Shown here: piece after piece, positions 57,925 through 64,000 of the stretch | Layout: every line of letters begins with the position of its first letter | How positions within the stretch are numbered: the first letter of the stretch is position 1 | NCBI GenBank assembly: GCA_004764695.1 | Contig: SMSO01000035.1 | Span: 4,104,040-4,168,039 of the forward strand | DNA length: 64,000 nt | Direction of reading: 5' to 3' | DNA from: Schizochytrium sp. TIO01 | Taxonomy: Eukaryota > Protista > Bigyra: Labyrinthulomycetes | Notes under the pieces: model-generated | What the model was told of the DNA's origin: nothing | The model's input: the letters and a program-made list of their open reading frames with translations, nothing else | Database searches by the model: none | Position numbers and translations under genes: made by a program

Positions 57925-60772
57925 ATGGCGAACCTCGTGGCGGAGGCGCTGGAGAAGCTGGAGCAGAGCGCCAGACCATCGTCGGAGGGCATGGAGGCGT
58001 CCGGCGGCGTTTCTGGAGAGCCGAGAGCCGCGCAGGAAGGCCCGCTGGGCCCGACCTCGAGCTCGACGAGCTCATCGTCGTCCAGCTCGACGACGAGCTC
58101 CTCCTCGTCAAGCTCGTCGTCGTCGTCTTCTGCAGGAAGCAACAGCAATGCATCCACGAACTCGTCGGCAGCGTCTAAAACGGCGACGGCAGATGGAACT
58201 AACCTCGCCGCAGCTGATGTGAACAGCGCACAGGAAATGGTGCACTCGAGAAGCGGCGAGGAAGAAGCCATGTTCCTGAACATGTCGTCCTCAGGTAAGG
58301 CTGGAGACAACAACTCCACGACGAGCGGAGCGAGTTTCGACAGCAACGATCTCCAAATGCAAATGCAAATGCAGCAACAGCAACAGTTTCAACAGCAACA
58401 ATTTCAACAGCAATTCCAGGGCCTCGAAGGTATTGACGAGGATGGCGACGACGCTATGAAGCTCTTGGGCTCGGTGCACGGGTCACAGGCTAACCTACAA
58501 AACCTGCAGAACCAGCAGAACCAGAAGCAAGAACACACGAAAGGAGGATCTGTACAAGACAGAGCTTTGCCGCAAGTGGCAGCAAACGGGCTCATGCAGG
58601 TACGGAGACAGGTGTCAGTTCGCGCACGGGCTTTCGGAGCTGCGCGCGTTGGTGAGACACCCGCTGTACAAGACATCCATGTGCAAGAGTTTTGAGGCCA
58701 CTGGCGAGTGTCGCTATGGCAACAGGTGCAGATTTATTCATGATGAGGACGAGGACTATCTCACCAACCTGCCCAGAGGTGTCGCCACTCTCAACATCAT
58801 GCCCGCAGATGATCCTTCCTTCCGACGCGTGCCGTCGGCGCCAGCAAACCTTGACACGTACAAGCAACAGTCTCAGACGCCGCTCACAGCTCACCTATTT
58901 GCCCAGCAGCAGAACCAGAACCAGAACCAGCCTCGACAGAGCTCCCAACAAAACCAGAACCTCAACCAACAGCAACAACTTCAACTCCAGCACCAAAACC
59001 AGCACGGTAGCAGCCAGCACCTTGCAGGAGCCATGCAGTCATCGATCCCGCGCGTACAGAGCTCACAGTTTCATGGACTGCCCTCTTCACAGTCGCATAT
59101 GCTCCACCAGCAAAACCAAAATCAGAGTCAGCAGAGCCATGCAGACTTTCTCACGCAAAATGGATATTCTTCATATTCCGGAGGCAACAACAGTAACGGT
59201 GGCAACAATGGAAGCAGTGGAAATGGAGCACAGCGTACCGAGAGACGCGTGCGATACGCAGACGGTGCACACCCGGGAAGCAGCAACATGGTTGCAACGT
59301 CGCATATGCAGACGGGAAGGAACAGTATGCATGCAGGCTATGATGCAATGGGCATGGGCGTGAACTATGAAGGCCTGGGCCGCGACGAAAGCATGGGAAG
59401 CGGGTACCCGTATCGTGACGGCTTGGGCGTGATTGGAGAGAACCGCTTGGGTGGAGGCCTTCCGTCGTCGCGATCCATGATGAACATGAGCATGCGGCAC
59501 GCGGAGTCTACGAGCAACCTGGGAGGGCTTTCTGCCTCGTCCTCGGTGGGCCTGGGCCTCCCGTCCAACTTCTCAGACTTTCAGAGGGCTATGCAGCGTT
59601 CACCGTCACAGGCAGATCTCGTGCGACAGCAGCTCATGCAATTCAGCGCTGGATCTGGGGCTGGGGAGGACCCTATGAACGGACTTTTTGCATCAGGTTT
59701 TGCACCGCACGATGCAAGCCAGATTCCGGTGGCCGGGTCCTCGTCAATGTCCAACCCGATGAATTTCAATACACCTGGTTTTGAGGAGAATGGCTCAGGA
59801 CCACCGTCGCCAACATCTCCGCCTAGAGTGCATGGAGCGGGGTCGGACGCAGAGCTTAGCGCCTCGGCGTCTGCTATAGCCCTCTCGACGCTTGAATCGC
59901 CAGAATCCCGGCCACGAGGGGGGAACTCTCGTGTGCTCTCTACAGCAGAACGCATGAGCTCGATCCAGCTACCGCCCTCGGTTGACCAGGCTGTCTCGCC
60001 GCCGAGCATGGGCATGAGTCGTAGCGCTTCCCAGCCCGCTTTTCAAATTCAACAACAACAACAACAGCAACAGCAACAGCAGAATATCAACAATGCCTTC
60101 GCCAACTATGGCGTAGGCAGTCTTCAGACTCAGCCAGAGTACCAGCAAGGATCGTACTCACCCCAATATTTGCAACAACCGCATCAACAGCATCAGCAGC
60201 AGTCACCTCACACTCCGTCTCCCGAGGCCTCTGCTATGTTTGTGAACCGGTCTCATTCACCTAACGCATATGGCAGGGCACAAACCAGTGGTATCACTTT
60301 GCAAGATGATGCCTTTGGCAATAGGGCCCCGCCGCGTTCCATGTCAATGCAGTTTCTTGGACAACAGCAGCAACAACCCTCACTCCACCAACATCAACAG
60401 CACCAGCACCACCAACATCAGCAGCACCAGTCCCAGGTGCACTCCGCCGCGAGCATGAATGCATTGTCTTCACAAATGGGCGGACTTGGCCTCGGAGCTC
60501 AAGCATCCAACGCGTACTATGAGCAAGCGCGCGAACCGGAGCTTGACCCCATCCGCAAGGTCGCCAGCGTCAATTCTTTATTTCCAGGCCCGTTCTCCGC
60601 ATCTGCGCATGAACTTCAAATGCAACAGCAGCACCTCCAACAGCGTCAGCAGCTACAGCAGCAACAACAGGCGCAGATGCACCGGAACGATGGCTTTGGC
60701 TTTTTCCACCAAAGTGTGAATAGCGAGTCGGACCGCGCCGCTTATGATTATGGCGATGGACCAGCTTTTTGA
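57925..60772 (+). CDS. Tristetraprolin/ZFP36-family tandem CCCH zinc-finger RNA-binding protein (~948 aa if joined), with a +1 frame discontinuity near 58540
   Basis: The downstream frame, read upstream of the track's start, gives [26 protein letters not shown]-x18[20 protein letters not shown]: two C-x8-C-x5-C-x3-H fingers with YKTEL/YKTSM lead-ins. That frame has a stop at 58457 and no ATG between the stop and finger 1. Confidence 0.88.
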
Positions 60773-61808
60773 CGAATCATCATTTCACCCTAATTTATGC
60801 CAGTATGCTTGCTCATCATTACGCACATAATAATTTTTTACATTCACTTTTTATACATCAACATAGACCTTTACATACCCTGTATTTACTGATATCCCAA
60901 TTGATTTCTGCTTTAGAACTACTTTGTCAACGCGATTGCGAAAATTGTAGATGTTTTTGTTTTTCGCTTTTCTTTTTTCTTTACACTACAGTCAGGTTCA
61001 GGAAGATCGGTGTCGGCAGCAAAAGTTCTTCTACTTGTTATTATTGCTGCCATTGCGAATGGAAAATTAATGCAAAATCTTGATTGAACGTTTTTGAGGT
61101 GGATGATGTATGGTTTTATGGTTATCCTCCAAATTTTTCGCACTCAGGCCTAGTTGTAAACAGTAGTTTCGACACATACTAAAAGGCTCTGGTCGGTATC
61201 CGTGGCTGCACTTTCAATAGATATAAAATAAAGTATCTAAATTGTCCCATTCTTGGTGATCTCGCGTCATTGTAATAATAACCCAGTGGTAGAACTGGTT
61301 TGGCTATATATGAACATCTTAACACAAGTTGAAAATACAGAAATAAGAAAACCTCAAGATAGTTTATTCCTAGCCAAGATGTGCAACATAAAGTTTTCTC
61401 CTTGTGAAATTTTTAATGTCCATGGTGCTATGGTAATCTCAGGTTTTTATTCCTACTCTCTCAAAACAGTCAGAGGCTTCTCTGAATCCTTTATTTTGAT
61501 TTATTTATTATTTATTTATTAAAAGTAATTTTTAAAATGAGTAGTAGATATGTATGTATGTAGTAGTATATAGGCGCTAGGTAGGTAGTAAAAAAATATA
61601 ATTATGATAATAATTCTATAGCTTTATTGGTAAATAGAGAGGAATCTAAATCGTAAAGCTACCAGGCAGATCGTCATTGCTGCATTGCAAATCACACGTG
61701 TTTGCTTGAAAGCTAAGTTCGCCGCTCACGTTTGCACGCTGCAGCTCTTCTCTCTCCAGCCTCCAAGTCATTTGGATAGACATCTTTGTTTCCAGAATAT
61801 AAAAGAAG

Positions 61809-62093
61809 ATGGAGGCGGAGGCGGATCCTCAGGGCATCTTTGCTGTGAAGGTAAACCTCGTGCCTGCCAACGCACCAGTTCTGCGCGAACGCGTATTAAC
61901 ATTCAAATCAAATGCTCGCGTCTACGACCTTCACCGCATGCTCCGAGAGAGGCTTAAGCTGGATACGCTCTTCCTTATTGTGGAGACCTGCTTTGCCCCC
62001 ACACTGGACCAGGAGCTTGGAGAGCTGTCAAAGAACTTTGGTCGCAACGGAGTGCTGCACATCACGTATGGACCGCAAGCCGTCTTCGGGTGA
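61809..62093 (+). CDS. ATG12: Ubiquitin-like autophagy protein ATG12
   Basis: 94 aa: NAPVLR...LFLIVETCFAPTLDQELGELSKNFGRNGVLHITYGPQAVFG. Matches the ATG12 FAP-x-x-D...FG...Y...A-(W/F)-G pattern and ends in Gly. Confidence 0.85.
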   Translation: MEAEADPQGIFAVKVNLVPANAPVLRERVLTFKSNARVYDLHRMLRERLKLDTLFLIVETCFAPTLDQELGELSKNFGRNGVLHITYGPQAVFG

Positions 62094-62887
62094 AGATAAA
62101 ACAGTCCAATCATATTTGGCGATCGCAGTGAAGTTGTCCTACCCTTATACCGACCGCAAAACCTCTGGCATACGACATAAACACTACAGAATCGCCTGTA
62201 CGATGCAGTACTTGCAGTTTCCTTTTTCTGCGTTCGTACGTTGACAGGATATAACTTTGAGAAAATGATATCTTTGTGGCGTGGATGCTTCAAATCACAC
62301 GGTAATTAGAATATGTAAGGGGAAAGCACCTTCTTTCACAAGACCACATTCAAGGAGATGCTCAGCTATGGCTAATATTTATGATGTGACAGAGCTTTCA
62401 TTCCCTTTTCATGTTTTGAAACCTCACGAGGCTCTGTTAAAAGGGTCTCATTTTACACCACCATATCAATTCCAAGACCTGCTTAACTTTGCATGGATGA
62501 CAATTATTGACTCTAATGGAGCTGGTTCATGAGTAATTCCTTTAAAAAGCAGATATGCTTAGCTGCGTCTGGTTGATCAATGCACTTCTAGTTGAGGACT
62601 AGGTGCGAAAGAAAATAAAAATGAAGAAAGACCTACTAGAAAAGCAACCACCTCTGCGGGCTAATTACTATATAATTTGACTGATTAGTTCTTATAAAAT
62701 TGAAGAATTGAACAACAAAATCAAGATCAGGAATCATATCTATCTTGGGGACACACAGACTAGAAAGAGCCTCGAAGTCACACAGAGTGCATCTACCTTG
62801 TCTATCTTGGCATAAAGCAATAACGTGAATTTCAAAATACGTGACGAAGTAGAATTGAGCGGTGATGGAGTTTATTATCTCGATTGT

Positions 62888-64000
62888 TTATTTGGCAAGG
62901 GTCGGAGGAAGCGGAGGTGGAGGAGGCATCTTGGGTGGCATCGCCACCGCAGGTCGAGGGCGGTTCCATAGCATCACCGCAACAAGGCCACCCAAATGGC
63001 CCAAATTCTGAACAACATAGACATTCTTGTCATCATCGAGCTTTTTCACAGGAACAGCTGCGGTAGAAGAAGTAGACGGAAGACTAGCCTCGGTCTGCGC
63101 TTTGCCTTGTTGCTTCTTCTCGGCATCTTCTTCTTCTTCTTGTTCACCAGTTTTGACTTTCTTAGTTTCCGGCTCGGAATCGGGAGAGTCGCCATCAGAA
63201 GGAAGAGGAGGGGGGGGAGGAGGCATATTATTACCAGTGTCCTTGTAGAAGCTATCAAAGCGAAGACGCAACTTGCCATCAGATGAAGCCTTAACGAGAG
63301 GCGCAAAAATGAGATGGTTGCGGAAAACCTTAGCACACCCAACTACATAGAGACCCTTCCGTGCAGTTGCAGCAGCAAAAATGCTTCGGCGCGGATCTCC
63401 CATCAGGTCATCTTGTAAGGTGGAGGTACGCACCAACGACATGAGAACATAGTTGACAGACTCGCCAACGTGCTCCTCAAACGAAAGGATCGCACGAGGA
63501 AATGGTAATGGTGGGTTGGTGACACGTGCACGTGAGTGCAAGATGTCAATAATAAGAAGCTTTTGAGCTTGGTATGGCGTCATAATAATCACCTCCTTTG
63601 GTGGGTAGCCCATCGCCAACATGTACTGGTAAATGGCAACAACCCACTCAGCCTCCTCGAGGTTCTGGACTTCGCCAGGATGGGCAGTTCTCCGCTCACG
63701 TCCGGTAGCATTGATAAACTGCGTCCGGAGTGCAAAGCCAGGGTTTCCTCCAACCGCATCCGCTGGAGCATCGAGAAGTTTGTCGAGGGGTACCAAAGAA
63801 GGAGCAAAGTCGGCAAGGCCAAAGCGCTCGTCGAGTGTTGCATTGACGTTCTGCGGAATGGGCGGCCTATCGTAGCGAACGCCAAGTCTGCAAAGTTTCT
63901 CGAAAAGCGACGCAGTCGATGAACGTGGCCAAGGCATCTCTCCAGTGCGATCACCCGCAACGATCATTCGCGACAAACGCTTGCGATCGAGGCCAGAAAA
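62888..64000 (-). CDS. 3' part of an Aquarius (AQR)-like SF1 helicase protein with degenerate motifs; begins outside the window
   Basis: GNPGF...QFIN, QNLEEAEWVVAIYQYMLAMGYP...IMTPYQAQKLLIIDIL and YVLMSLVRT resemble the AQR C-terminal RecA domain. The frame is open to base 64000 (FSGLDRKRLSRMIVAGD). Confidence 0.75.
   Translation of the reverse strand, partial: FSGLDRKRLSRMIVAGDRTGEMPWPRSSTASLFEKLCRLGVRYDRPPIPQNVNATLDERFGLADFAPSLVPLDKLLDAPADAVGGNPGFALRTQFINATGRERRTAHPGEVQNLEEAEWVVAIYQYMLAMGYPPKEVIIMTPYQAQKLLIIDILHSRARVTNPPLPFPRAILSFEEHVGESVNYVLMSLVRTSTLQDDLMGDPRRSIFAAATARKGLYVVGCAKVFRNHLIFAPLVKASSDGKLRLRFDSFYKDTGNNMPPPPPPLPSDGDSPDSEPETKKVKTGEQEEEEDAEKKQQGKAQTEASLPSTSSTAAVPVKKLDDDKNVYVVQNLGHLGGLVAVMLWNRPRPAVAMPPKMPPPPPLPPTLAK

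Noticed and set aside
57922-58695. 257-aa ORF as a standalone gene, and 58649..60772 as a single-finger protein
   Set aside because: The first CCCH finger lies upstream of 58649 in the second frame; the two ORFs form one tandem-zinc-finger gene.

Overview
Eukaryotic nuclear DNA with long, essentially intron-free ORFs separated by AT-rich, microsatellite-laden spacers. Gene content and style suggest a stramenopile protist, probably a thraustochytrid (inference). Twelve protein genes are supported: a SAM-methyltransferase-like protein, a BIRC6-type ubiquitin-conjugating enzyme, a conserved unknown membrane protein, a giant (~4,070 aa) multi-pass surface protein, GSK3, coatomer zeta, two large coiled-coil proteins (one with a pseudo-hydrolase domain and IQ motifs), a PP2C/cNMP/pseudokinase fusion, a TTP/ZFP36-type tandem CCCH protein, ATG12, and the 3' part of a degenerate Aquarius-like helicase. 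Two genes are each split by a one-base frame change: the giant surface protein (-1, near 13345-13375) and the CCCH protein (+1, near 58540). Single-base assembly errors are the most parsimonious explanation, but recoding or a micro-intron is not excluded. The most novel-looking item is the giant protein: two tandem tetraspanin-like modules plus a ninth TM helix carrying ~3,500 aa of Cys-rich, lectin-like, mucin, EGF-like and chitin-binding-like modules. No rRNA, tRNA, CRISPR array or intact mobile element was recognised. All domain calls are by-eye motif recognition, not database searches.
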